A stretch of 64,000 nt of DNA, taken from the NCBI GenBank assembly GCA_000165345.1, contig CM000430.1, forward strand, positions 576,001-640,000. The letters run 5' to 3'. A program made the position numbers and the translations under genes. Shown piece after piece: positions 10,780 through 20,293 of this stretch. Position 1 is the stretch's first letter; each line of letters begins with the position of its first letter. The notes under the pieces were generated by a model, which saw only the letters and a program-made list of their open reading frames with translations, made no database searches and was not told the origin of the DNA.

Positions 10780-13700
10780 TCATGATTCGCTAGATTCAGA
10801 CAAAACAGTCCTTACATTGTGTATTTTTTCAACCCACTTATCTCTCATTTCGGAAGAATCTGAATGAAGTATTAGTGACGATGGTATACTGTTCTTTGTG
10901 AAATCTAGCGCAAAACAAGGGATGAATTCATTTTCCTTACTTGTTGCAAGATTGAAGACTCGAATTTGCCTTACAAATCGAATTGGAATAGTTTCACAGT
11001 AGACGGTGTCATTTGGGTGATGACACCAAATAAGCGCCCCATCTGACCTTAAGATAAAGAATCTTTCTTGCCAAAGTCTGCTTTCAGATGATTCATTCTC
11101 ACTGGATGCGATTAAATCGGACATTTGCTTCTTTTTTTGAGAAAGAGGGTTTTCAAGTGCTAAAGGCGGATTTATACAAATGCCTAAAAACCCAAAGTGA
11201 TATGTAGGAATCGAAACAAGTAGGCTTGTTTCTCTGTGTGGCAAGAGCATAAATGAACTCTTGTTTATAATGGCTAGAACAAGAGAATATTGATTTTCCG
11301 AATTAAATAATCCAATAAGATTGTCAGGTTCTGCGACAATCGGAGGGTTCTCGCCGTAAACTGAAATTAAATTTTGGAATGCACTAGCTCTTTCTGGAGA
11401 TAAAACATCTTGTTTTTGATCAGATGCACTATTAGAGGTGTTTTTATTACTCATAAATCCAAGCCAAAATGAATTCAATTTTTCAGGTTTGGTTTCAGTA
11501 GATCTGTTGATAGAAGTTTCTGCAGTTGCTTGAGAAAGAAGAATTTCTGATGGGGTAGTGAGCGTGCGATAAGAGGTAGTGAATTCATCAAGGAACTCAC
11601 TTCTACGGCTAACTTCAAGAAGAATATCATCCCAGCCATCAACCTTAAGCAAAAGAAGCACATTTGAGTTTTTTGGAACGATTATTTCTTCAAAGTCAAC
11701 TATTGGTGCAGCCTGAAGAAGTTTTAATGGAGAATACTGAAACAGTGCAAATCTTTCAGATGTTAAAACAAGAATTTGCCTAAATAAATTTATTGGGCAG
11801 TCAAGAGGGGGTGGAAAGCATGACTTTTCAAGCCCTCTTGCTGTGTAATTAATAACAATATCACTCCAAATTCCCTTTTTCCTTTCTGCAGAAGTTAAAC
11901 CCATTTCATCTAACCGATCCAAATTTTGTTCCATTGCAGCATGATCTCCATTTTTGCCTTTGTATATACTCGAAATGTTTCTGCTACTTGCAAACCCAAG
12001 CATATTCCAAACGGAATGTTCAACAACATCTGAATCTCGGCTTTCAAACTCCGGAGTTGAAAAAACACAAAAATCATCTCTACATGAAGAAACTGGTTCA
12101 TTTCCACTAATCCATGCTGACAACATGACCTTGTTTTCATCTTCTTGAGAATCAAAAGTTTGGCAGCAAAATGATATTTCTTTCAAAGTTTCGGAATGAT
12201 CCGGCTCATAATTACTTAAAGAGTTTGCATTTAATTGCTGAGCTTGAGGTTCCTTGTATTCTGCATCTGAAGGTTCATTATTATCAAATTTATCCAAATC
12301 AAACTTCAAAATTTGTGACTTGGCTTGGATCACGTTTGCAAGTTGGCCTGATGAATTTTTGATATTTAGTAATATGCGTCTTTTTATTAATACTTCTTGT
12401 ATATCTGCATTTACTGCAAAGTGAATTAATGTATTTCTGCGATTATCCTGTGCTTGCACATCACTTCCACATGTTAAAAATAACTCAGTCATAAGCAAAT
12501 TATCTTTAAGTATTGATATTGATATGGGTACGAACCCTGAAAAGCTTTTCCTATTAACAATATTTATTTGTTCTTCGAATGAAAAATGTTCAAGAAGTAG
12601 CTGGAGAGTCTCAATATGTTCTAAATAAGAAAATATATGTAATAAGTTCCAACCATACCCAAAACTAAGCTTCAATAAAGAATCAATGAATTTTTTAATA
12701 CTAAATTCATTCACGCAAGTTTCAGACTCCTCAAATTCAATTTTTTGAGGCTTAGATAATTCAGAATTAATTTCAGATATTATTTCATTGAGATTGGTGA
12801 TTAAAGGCTCAGGATCATTTTTTATTACCGATTTAATTATTAGCTTAAACAAATGTTTGGTTTTCAAATATTCTTCGCATTCTCTATTAATTGTGTGTTG
12901 ACTATTATTAAAATTATCTTCAACAAATTTAATTTGTGAATTGTTTATATCCAAAAATAAAATATCCAATAATATTTGGAACATATTTATGGATGGCTCT
13001 CTGACTGATTTTTCAGAATCAATCAAAATTCTATTCAAGAACTTCTCTATTACAGCATGCTCGGATTCTAAACAATTTAGAATATGATCTCTTTCTTTGC
13101 AAAGCGACTCTGTGTGATTTACTGAATTTAAAGGAAGTTGATTAATTATTAAATCAGAAAAGTGAGTGATTACCCAATTTTGTATTAAATTAATTGTTTT
13201 GTCACTTAGTTCATTTTCCTCCAAATTAGCATTTGGGTTAGGCAAATTAATTACACCGTCGATTAATACCTTGGAGAATGAAATAATTTTTTGACTCAAA
13301 TTATCATCGTAATTCAGATTATTTTTAATTAATTCTTTTAAATGATCTGATAATGATAGAGAATGAATAATCAAATCAGCGGCGTCACTTATTGATTCGG
13401 AATTCATTACTTTATTTGTAGTTTTTATCTGCAAAAGCGCAATCAATTTTAATAATTTTAAGCAATCAGATTTCAATAAATCAAGGTCACTTTCCAAGGA
13501 GTTAATTTTAGAGTCATAGATGCCTTTTTGAGCTTTCTCTTTCTCAGAAAAAAGTTGTTTCGTGCCTTTACTTTCGCTTAACAATAACTGAATTTCACTT
13601 TCCTTTTCAATCTCAAATTCTGAAAATCTTGTTCGTAAAGCAATATAGTCCTCTTCTTTATCCTGTAAATTGCTTTCAAGCTGGGAAATATGAAGTCTCA

Positions 13701-14094
13701 AATCTGCAATTTCTTTATATAAAGACTCTTTATCGGTAAGCAGGTCCTCAACAATACGAGGGGAAGAAGCTTCTATAATATGTTGTTGCTTTAGATTATT
13801 GATACTTTGTTGCTCAAGATAAGAAATCTTTTCATTCAATGTAGAGATCTCGTCATTCAGGGTTTTTATTATATTTTGAAGCTTGGAAATTTCAGTTCCA
13901 TCTTGTTTAATACGTTCCTTGAGAGTATTAATTTCATCATTTTTACCCTTTTCAAGTTCATAAAGTTCATTAAGAGCATCATCCCTCGACTTTACTAGTT
14001 TTTCTAGTCTAGAGATTTTTTGTTCAAGTATTTTGGTTTGTTCAAGGTTTTCTGATCTTGGAAGTTCTACTTCATCCTCGATTCCAATGTCCAT
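10780..14094 (-). CDS. large coiled-coil protein with ankyrin repeats and C-terminal PH domain
   Basis: 1104 aa. N-terminal ~230 aa heptad-rich (LEQKISRLEKLVKSRDDALNELYELEKGKNDEINTLKERIK...). Ankyrin-like block near NLLHIFSYLEHIETLQLLLEH...NTLIHFAVNADIQEVL. C-terminal PH-like RLWQERFFILRSDGALIWCHH...MRDKWVEKIHNV. Confidence 0.55.
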   Translation of the reverse strand: MDIGIEDEVELPRSENLEQTKILEQKISRLEKLVKSRDDALNELYELEKGKNDEINTLKERIKQDGTEISKLQNIIKTLNDEISTLNEKISYLEQQSINNLKQQHIIEASSPRIVEDLLTDKESLYKEIADLRLHISQLESNLQDKEEDYIALRTRFSEFEIEKESEIQLLLSESKGTKQLFSEKEKAQKGIYDSKINSLESDLDLLKSDCLKLLKLIALLQIKTTNKVMNSESISDAADLIIHSLSLSDHLKELIKNNLNYDDNLSQKIISFSKVLIDGVINLPNPNANLEENELSDKTINLIQNWVITHFSDLIINQLPLNSVNHTESLCKERDHILNCLESEHAVIEKFLNRILIDSEKSVREPSINMFQILLDILFLDINNSQIKFVEDNFNNSQHTINRECEEYLKTKHLFKLIIKSVIKNDPEPLITNLNEIISEINSELSKPQKIEFEESETCVNEFSIKKFIDSLLKLSFGYGWNLLHIFSYLEHIETLQLLLEHFSFEEQINIVNRKSFSGFVPISISILKDNLLMTELFLTCGSDVQAQDNRRNTLIHFAVNADIQEVLIKRRILLNIKNSSGQLANVIQAKSQILKFDLDKFDNNEPSDAEYKEPQAQQLNANSLSNYEPDHSETLKEISFCCQTFDSQEDENKVMLSAWISGNEPVSSCRDDFCVFSTPEFESRDSDVVEHSVWNMLGFASSRNISSIYKGKNGDHAAMEQNLDRLDEMGLTSAERKKGIWSDIVINYTARGLEKSCFPPPLDCPINLFRQILVLTSERFALFQYSPLKLLQAAPIVDFEEIIVPKNSNVLLLLKVDGWDDILLEVSRRSEFLDEFTTSYRTLTTPSEILLSQATAETSINRSTETKPEKLNSFWLGFMSNKNTSNSASDQKQDVLSPERASAFQNLISVYGENPPIVAEPDNLIGLFNSENQYSLVLAIINKSSFMLLPHRETSLLVSIPTYHFGFLGICINPPLALENPLSQKKKQMSDLIASSENESSESRLWQERFFILRSDGALIWCHHPNDTVYCETIPIRFVRQIRVFNLATSKENEFIPCFALDFTKNSIPSSLILHSDSSEMRDKWVEKIHNVRTVLSESSES

Positions 14095-14437
14095 CTTAAA
14101 ATTTAATTTGAGTCATAAAAAATCAAAAAACTGCCAAAAAATAAGTTAATAATTCAATAGCTTATTATTAAATTTTAAGTTTTCACTTTGAACACTTAAA
14201 ATTTCTCAATTTTTATGTTCATGTTATTGCTTTTTTTTTATTATTAATTTCACGTATGCAATACTCTGTAAGGCGGGGATGTGTGTCATGATCATGACTG
14301 TTTTTTAATACCGAACAATTATTCAAGGAAAAATTAATAAATTAAGGCATCAAATTGAATAAATAAATTATTTCCTTTTAGTTAATTATTTTAAGAAGCT
14401 TTTATAACTCTTTCAACTGCCGCTTTTCAATCTTATA

Positions 14438-14992
14438 TTATGAAATCCAAATCTGAGTAACGAGCATATCTTTTATTTGTTGATTCAGGGAGTTATACCA
14501 TTTTTCTAATTTGTAAGGCATTAATGCCCTTTTACAATTTTCTGACTCCTCGTTCCCATTGTTTATTGCAAATCCATAGGCTATTTCAGATGAAGGTTGT
14601 TTCAGTACCCAGCCTCCAGTTTTCCCAATATTAATGCATTCTAAAGTATAAGTTAGAAACGAGTTTGATTCATGGGAATAAAATATTTCCCCATCTTTTT
14701 TTCTATTTTTTATAAATATTAATTCTTCAATTCCAATTGAAGGAGCATTGACAACCAAAAATTCTGATTCAGAAAGTGGTGCTTTAGTTTCAACTTGCGT
14801 AGTAGCATCGAGTGACCAAAAATAATTAGGGTCAACAAGAAAGTATGCCTTAGAGGCTAATAAATCATTTAATTCATCTGAAATTTTTCTTGTTGATGAT
14901 CTGGCAGCTATTATATCTTTTTTCGAACATTTAATTATCGAAGTAAAAACTGATCCAATCAATATAAATATTAAAAATAAATTATTTTTCAT
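14438..14992 (-). CDS. hypothetical secreted protein (signal peptide)
   Basis: 184 aa with N-terminal MKNNLFLIFILIGSVFTSIIKCS (hydrophobic h-region, then polar). No domain recognised. Confidence 0.45.
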   Translation of the reverse strand: MKNNLFLIFILIGSVFTSIIKCSKKDIIAARSSTRKISDELNDLLASKAYFLVDPNYFWSLDATTQVETKAPLSESEFLVVNAPSIGIEELIFIKNRKKDGEIFYSHESNSFLTYTLECINIGKTGGWVLKQPSSEIAYGFAINNGNEESENCKRALMPYKLEKWYNSLNQQIKDMLVTQIWIS

Positions 14993-15372
14993 GTTTGCTT
15001 CTTAGTCATCGAAAACACTAATTTTAAATTATGTATTAAAACAAGAATAAGTCTAAAGTTTCTTTATTTTTTTTTGTAAGGTTATCACAATTATTTTAAG
15101 ATTTAATCAAATATTGACGGGTTTGGGCTTATATAGACAATTTGGCACTATACTTTCTCTAAATAAAAAAAATATTGATTAATCTAAATTAATAATTTAA
15201 ACGTGTTAAAATTCAAAATTTGCATGAAATCACAAATTATTCCAATAAATTTTATTTCATATTTGCTCGACTTTTAAGTACACAATTTGTGTGTACTAAA
15301 TCAAAAATTTCGCTTAGGATATACACAAATAAATCAAGTGAATAATTTAAAGAAAAATATATTTTAGGAGAA

Positions 15373-15942
15373 ATGTCAACAATATTTCGATTTCCTCCAA
15401 CATCAAGTATTGCAATTAGTGCAATTTCTAAAATAAGCGAGTTGTCGAAAGAAAATATTCCTTCTACTCGTAGTTTACAACCAAACGACGAAATTCAATT
15501 AAATAGTAAGGTTAGCGAGAGAAGTAATTTTGAAGAACAAGCAAAGGCTGAGAAAACTCCAAATAACGCAATTATTAAGTTGTTGGAGGACAAGAAGAAC
15601 GAAATCAAGAAGAACATAGAAAATCTTGCAAATCAACTAAGAAGACATATCCGTCAAGTTGAATATATAGATTCAAGAATTTGTGAGCTGAGGGGAGAGA
15701 AAATAGATTTACAGAGCTCAAGGTTAATATCTAGTCTTAGATTAGATTCTGAACATTATCAAACCAGTCTTTCGAGGCTTAGTACGGCTATTAACACTGG
15801 AATTAACACTCCAAATTGCGAGCTTGCAAGTAGTAATGAGGCTGAAGTCAGAAGCAATATTCTCTCTTATAAAATGGAAGGCGATTGGTTAATTGTGCCA
15901 GAATTTAAAGAAGTCGTCTCTAGGACAGTAAATTCCTCATAA
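15373..15942 (+). CDS. hypothetical coiled-coil protein
   Basis: 189-aa ORF; heptad-like region KNEIKKNIENLANQLRRHIRQVEYIDSRICELRGEKIDLQS. Confidence 0.4.
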   Translation: MSTIFRFPPTSSIAISAISKISELSKENIPSTRSLQPNDEIQLNSKVSERSNFEEQAKAEKTPNNAIIKLLEDKKNEIKKNIENLANQLRRHIRQVEYIDSRICELRGEKIDLQSSRLISSLRLDSEHYQTSLSRLSTAINTGINTPNCELASSNEAEVRSNILSYKMEGDWLIVPEFKEVVSRTVNSS

Positions 15943-16022
15943 AAAGAAATGAATTAGTTGTGAATTTAATCATTTTAATTGATTTAGGATGCAGTTGTGC
16001 CAAATAAGTTTAATAACGACTC

Positions 16023-16030
16023 TGGCGCCA
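16023..16030. promoter_or_regulatory. TGGCGCCA E2F-like box upstream of RPS28
   Basis: CTCTGGCGCCATAACACTTAGGCGGTTAAGG about 190 bp upstream of the RPS28 ATG. Confidence 0.4.
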
Positions 16031-16219
16031 TAACACTTAGGCGGTTAAGGACAATTTTACACGAGTTTTGCGGTATTTAATTTTAATCTGAAGGAAATTG
16101 TTTGTCGTCTTAAAATGAAGTCACGTCTAAACTAGAAGGAGGTAAAAGAAAAAACAGTTTTTAATCGTTTGCAAAGGTGATTGCTCTTTATTAGGTTGTA
16201 TTTTGCGTAACATATAAAG

Positions 16220-16486
16220 ATGGTAGGTTTATAAGATCTAATTTACTGGGAGTGAATTTAACTATTATTAATTCTGTAGGACTCTGCCCCAAAGCTTGCA
16301 AAAGTTGAGAAGATTTTAGGCCGTACAGGATCCCGTGGTGGTGTAATTCAAGTTAGAGTACAATTTATGTCTGGTGAATCTGAACTTGCAGGTCGTTCTC
16401 TGATCCGTAACGTCAGAGGCCCTGTCAGAGAAGGAGATATCTTAGCTTTATTAGAAACTGAAAGAGAAGCACGTCGTCTTCGTTAA
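16220..16486 (+). CDS. RPS28: 40S ribosomal protein S28e (2 exons; intron directly after the start codon)
   Basis: join(16220..16222,16280..16486). ATG|GTAGGT...ttctgtAG|GAC gives [69 protein letters not shown], an S28e sequence with the canonical C-terminus. Absent from the ORF track. Confidence 0.85.
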
Positions 16487-16704
16487 GGTCTAGTAGTAAA
16501 GTATTCTAAATGTTTTAATAACTTATTATTACACTAATTCGGTCGTTTTTTCACTCTTAATTTCATTTTTGTCTATTTTTTACTTGCGGAATAAGAAGAT
16601 TATTCTACCGAGCTTAAGGACTAGTATGCAATTAGATTTTGACATAAATTTACTAATTCCAATAGGGCATCTAATATGAATTTGCTACGTATCAAATCAT
16701 ACTT

Positions 16705-17826
16705 CTAACTATTAATTTCATTGAGCCTCCAGAGTACTATGGAAGGCTCTGGGAGACTTGATGTAGTCATAATCAAATTATTATTTAAATCCGGATGTTT
16801 GGATATAGATGTAACAATTGCATTGGAAGGAGAGATAGGAGTCAAAGAGTATAAATATTTTGCTGTGTGTAAGCAATATACAGACGCATCCCCCACAGGG
16901 GCTGTTGCAGGGTTAATCCTAGGAACAAATACTTGATCTCTCCAAACTACGGAAAATCCTGTAAGCATAGGCAAATGATTGTTGTCACATATATTGTTGT
17001 AATAATCCTTTTGAAGTTTTTTTGAATTTTCCCAACTAATATTCGACTTTTCTGTTTTCTCTTGCCCAAATTTCCAAATGCAAGATGAGGAGTCTCCAGT
17101 ACAGAGCAGATGTTCATCATTAAATGAGAATATAGAATGTAGAGAGTAATTAGATCCTTGCGGTCCAGATAGCGTTTTTAAAAGTTTCAAGTTTGAGGAC
17201 CTCCAAATTCGTATTTTTCCGTCAAATGATGTTGAAGATAAGACTCTTTTATCATTACTCTGCTCCAGGCTAGTAACGGGAGCTTCGTGAGATAGAACTT
17301 GAGAAACAAAACCCTTCTTCCTAAGATCCCAGCTTCTAATGTAACCATCATATCCACCTGAGAATATTTGTTGGTAAAGTAATTCATTTGGTACTGAAAT
17401 ACATGTACATGCTCCTTCATGTGTATTTTCTAAATTCATAACGGTTAAACCCAAAAGCGAACCACTTTTTTTAATTCCAGCTCTAAGATCATAAATACTT
17501 ATTGCCCCAGGAGAGAAACATGCAGCCAACAAGTTTCCTGATTGATCAGTTTTTATATCGTTTAATCCGCCATTACCAAGTTCGTAGTTTTTGATTCCAA
17601 CTTTCTCATGTGATAAAATCCTTTTTCCTGTTTCCAATGAATGTACATAAATTTCGCCTTTATCTGTCCCACATGCAGCAGCCTGCCCATTAATAGTAAT
17701 TACGCCTCTAACTATCGAACTTTCATTGTACTTTTCATTATTATGTTTAAAAGATATTCTCATTATTGGAATCCACGGTTTATAAAAAAAAATGCTATTG
17801 CCAATCTCATCGTTATTTTCTACCAT
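16705..17826 (-). CDS. WD40-repeat protein
   Basis: 373 aa with repeated GH/WD-type blocks (GGYDGYIRSWDLR, SFDGKIRIWR, TTSSLPEPSIVLWRL). Confidence 0.6.
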   Translation of the reverse strand: MVENNDEIGNSIFFYKPWIPIMRISFKHNNEKYNESSIVRGVITINGQAAACGTDKGEIYVHSLETGKRILSHEKVGIKNYELGNGGLNDIKTDQSGNLLAACFSPGAISIYDLRAGIKKSGSLLGLTVMNLENTHEGACTCISVPNELLYQQIFSGGYDGYIRSWDLRKKGFVSQVLSHEAPVTSLEQSNDKRVLSSTSFDGKIRIWRSSNLKLLKTLSGPQGSNYSLHSIFSFNDEHLLCTGDSSSCIWKFGQEKTEKSNISWENSKKLQKDYYNNICDNNHLPMLTGFSVVWRDQVFVPRINPATAPVGDASVYCLHTAKYLYSLTPISPSNAIVTSISKHPDLNNNLIMTTSSLPEPSIVLWRLNEINS

Positions 17827-17979
17827 AATTAATTTCTATATCGCCGTCCATATATATTTTCTCTGCAGGAAATAACACTTTTTGTGAAATTAGAGATTCA
17901 CTGCGCCAAAAAAAAAGCAAGTACCATAATAAAAAAATAAATTCATATCTATCAGAACAGCAAATTTAGAGAAATTTAA

Positions 17980-18876
17980 ATGGAAGACCAAAAGTATAAA
18001 ATATATAGGCATAAAGAGCTACCTTTAAATATTTGCCACTTTTCAACTTTACCTTCAACGCAGATATGGGCTTATGAAAATATTGATTTTTTAATTAATA
18101 CAGAGAAGTTGTCACCAAATGTATGGACAGTAATTACCGCAGATAACATGACATCTGGCATCGGCTCTTATGATCATAAAACCCGTACTCCTCGCACATG
18201 GTATACGCTAGATGGCAAGAATTTAAATGCGACATATTTAACACTTAGACGAAGAGAAATCTCAGAAGAACCGGAAAAGAATATTTCAGATTTGAGTTTG
18301 TATACTCTTGGGATTGCTTTGTCAGTTTGCAAGATTTTAGGGGAGTTTGGTATTAAAGAACCAAAAATAAAATGGGTTAATGATATTTATGTTAATGGGA
18401 AGAAAATAGGAGGTATTTTATCTAAACAATTAGAAAAAAGATATGTATTTGAACAAGTTGAATATGAGCCTATTGTATTTGGAATAGGCTTGAATGTACT
18501 TCACGATAAGTGCAATCTTCCAGAAAATGTGGAGTCCCCTGCAACGTCAGTTAAAATAGAAAGCGAGTTAGATTCTTCACTTATTGGCATTAATGATATT
18601 TTGGAAAGCCTACATTTGGAAGTTATTAAATCAGTAACTAATATAAATTCATCGAGGCATAAAGGATTCCAAGACAATACTTTAGCAGAAGTTAACAAGA
18701 GGCTGCTTTATAAAGGCAAAGTTGTAAAAATAATCGACTATGAAAAGGAAGGAAATGAAATAGAAATGGGAGTACTTCAGGGAGTAGATAAGAATGGGTT
18801 TGCAATCATAAAATTACCAGAAATAAGTGGGGGAGAGCTCAAAATATCTCATGGAAGAATTAAATTCGATGGCTAA
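17980..18876 (+). CDS. BirA-like biotin/lipoate protein ligase family enzyme
   Basis: Motif IKWVNDIYVNGKKIGGILSKQ resembles the BirA catalytic block KWPNDLY..GKKLAGIL.E. Confidence 0.5.
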   Translation: MEDQKYKIYRHKELPLNICHFSTLPSTQIWAYENIDFLINTEKLSPNVWTVITADNMTSGIGSYDHKTRTPRTWYTLDGKNLNATYLTLRRREISEEPEKNISDLSLYTLGIALSVCKILGEFGIKEPKIKWVNDIYVNGKKIGGILSKQLEKRYVFEQVEYEPIVFGIGLNVLHDKCNLPENVESPATSVKIESELDSSLIGINDILESLHLEVIKSVTNINSSRHKGFQDNTLAEVNKRLLYKGKVVKIIDYEKEGNEIEMGVLQGVDKNGFAIIKLPEISGGELKISHGRIKFDG

Positions 18877-18995
18877 ATTTTCGTTTTCTTAACCAAAAGT
18901 TAATGGAGATTCTAAAATAGCAGTTAGGTCGCTATCATCTTTTATTTTAACTCCTGTTATTTCAGATGTTGAATATGGGCATTCTAATAATAAGT

Positions 18996-19780
18996 TTAAT
19001 TATTTATATTGTTATTGGTAATATTTGAATTAATTAACTTACCTAATTCAATAGAGAATCTTGAGAGATAATTACCTGAAGCTACTATTATATACGGCCA
19101 GAAAAAATCTCTAGTCACTCTTGTCCAAAGATCAAAGACAATTACAAGAGTGCCGCAAAATTCTCTTGAAGCTGAATATGCCATAAACCAATTTGTGGAA
19201 GCAATGTATCGTGTAATCACAGAAATTTTTGGTGCTAAAAACTTCTCCAAATAAATGACAATAATGTACATTTTTCCAAATGATTCATTTTCATCTGTTG
19301 TGAAAATATTCCTCATATCTTCATATTTTTCTTTTAAAGATTGTAGTATCTCTTTGTAGCAGTAAATACAATTTAATGATTGGGTTTTTGTTGACTCTGA
19401 AGCCTTGTATCCAAATTTAGCACATTTTTCTGAAATTTTTGTGTACTTTTCATGCAAGCTTGTAGATTCTATGCTTTTCTGTTCTATAATACATGTTAAG
19501 AATTTTCTCATGTAATCTGATGTTCTTTTTCTCACAGCAATATATTCACCTAAATAAATCTAATAACTACATATTTATTCGTATACCTTTAAAACTTACC
19601 GACTGCTTTACACCGTTCATCTACTGGAAAATTTATCTCAGCCTGCTCAACTTCAAGACTAAAATCTCCCTTTTTATTTTTCTTTAACTTCTTGATCACA
19701 CTTGTAGCTTCTATATTTAAATGTTCTCCATAGAAATATATGATTGTCAAAAATAATGTACACAACTTTCTTAATTTCAT
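18996..19780 (-). CDS. hypothetical protein, 2 exons, N-terminal hydrophobic (signal-peptide-like) segment
   Basis: join(18996..19549,19600..19780). Donor GTAAGT (plus-strand acttac at 19594-19599); acceptor tttAG|GTGAATAT (plus-strand ct at 19550-19551). Phase is consistent (181 nt + 554 nt). Joins MKLRKLCTLFLTIIYFYGEHL...VDERCKAV to -G-EYIAVRKRTSDYMRKFL... The ORF track splits it into two ORFs, the second starting on GTG. Confidence 0.45.
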
Positions 19781-19932
19781 CTTATCCCTTAAACCAAGTA
19801 TTTTTTAAATATTTATAATATATATTTAAAAATTATAATTTATATAAATTTAAATAATTTAATAAATCTCCATTTACTTTTATCCTTCTTGATCTCAACA
19901 CAATCATAGCATGTCTATGTTGACCCACAGCA

Positions 19933-19958
19933 CCTGAAAGGCGCGCGCGCGCTTCAGG
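19933..19958. repeat. near-perfect 26-bp palindrome centred on (GC)6 in the divergent promoter upstream of PWP2
   Basis: CCTGAAAG-GCGCGCGCGCGC-TTCAGG. An alternating GC run (Z-DNA-prone) in an otherwise ~25% GC spacer between starts 19780(-) and 20294(+). Confidence 0.6.
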
Positions 19959-20293
19959 CGGTATTCTGAATTTCCTTTTGAATTCAGTAGCTTGCTCTTA
20001 CATAAAGTCTTGATTTGACAAAAAAGGAGAAATAAAAAGCCATTCTGCTTGTAATATAAAAACTATAAAATTTTGGCTATACAAGGTATTATTTTTATAT
20101 TCTCCTACTGAACCATTTTGAGATAGCTGGGAGAAAACTTTAATTTTTAGGAGTATATAAATTTAAATTTAATAATAAATATTTCCAATTTAAATCATAT
20201 ATATGCCAAGTATTAGCCTATATTTTAATAGGCTGAAATATTGAAGTTTGAAGCAAAATTCTTATAACATTTAATTATTAATACTAATTCATC

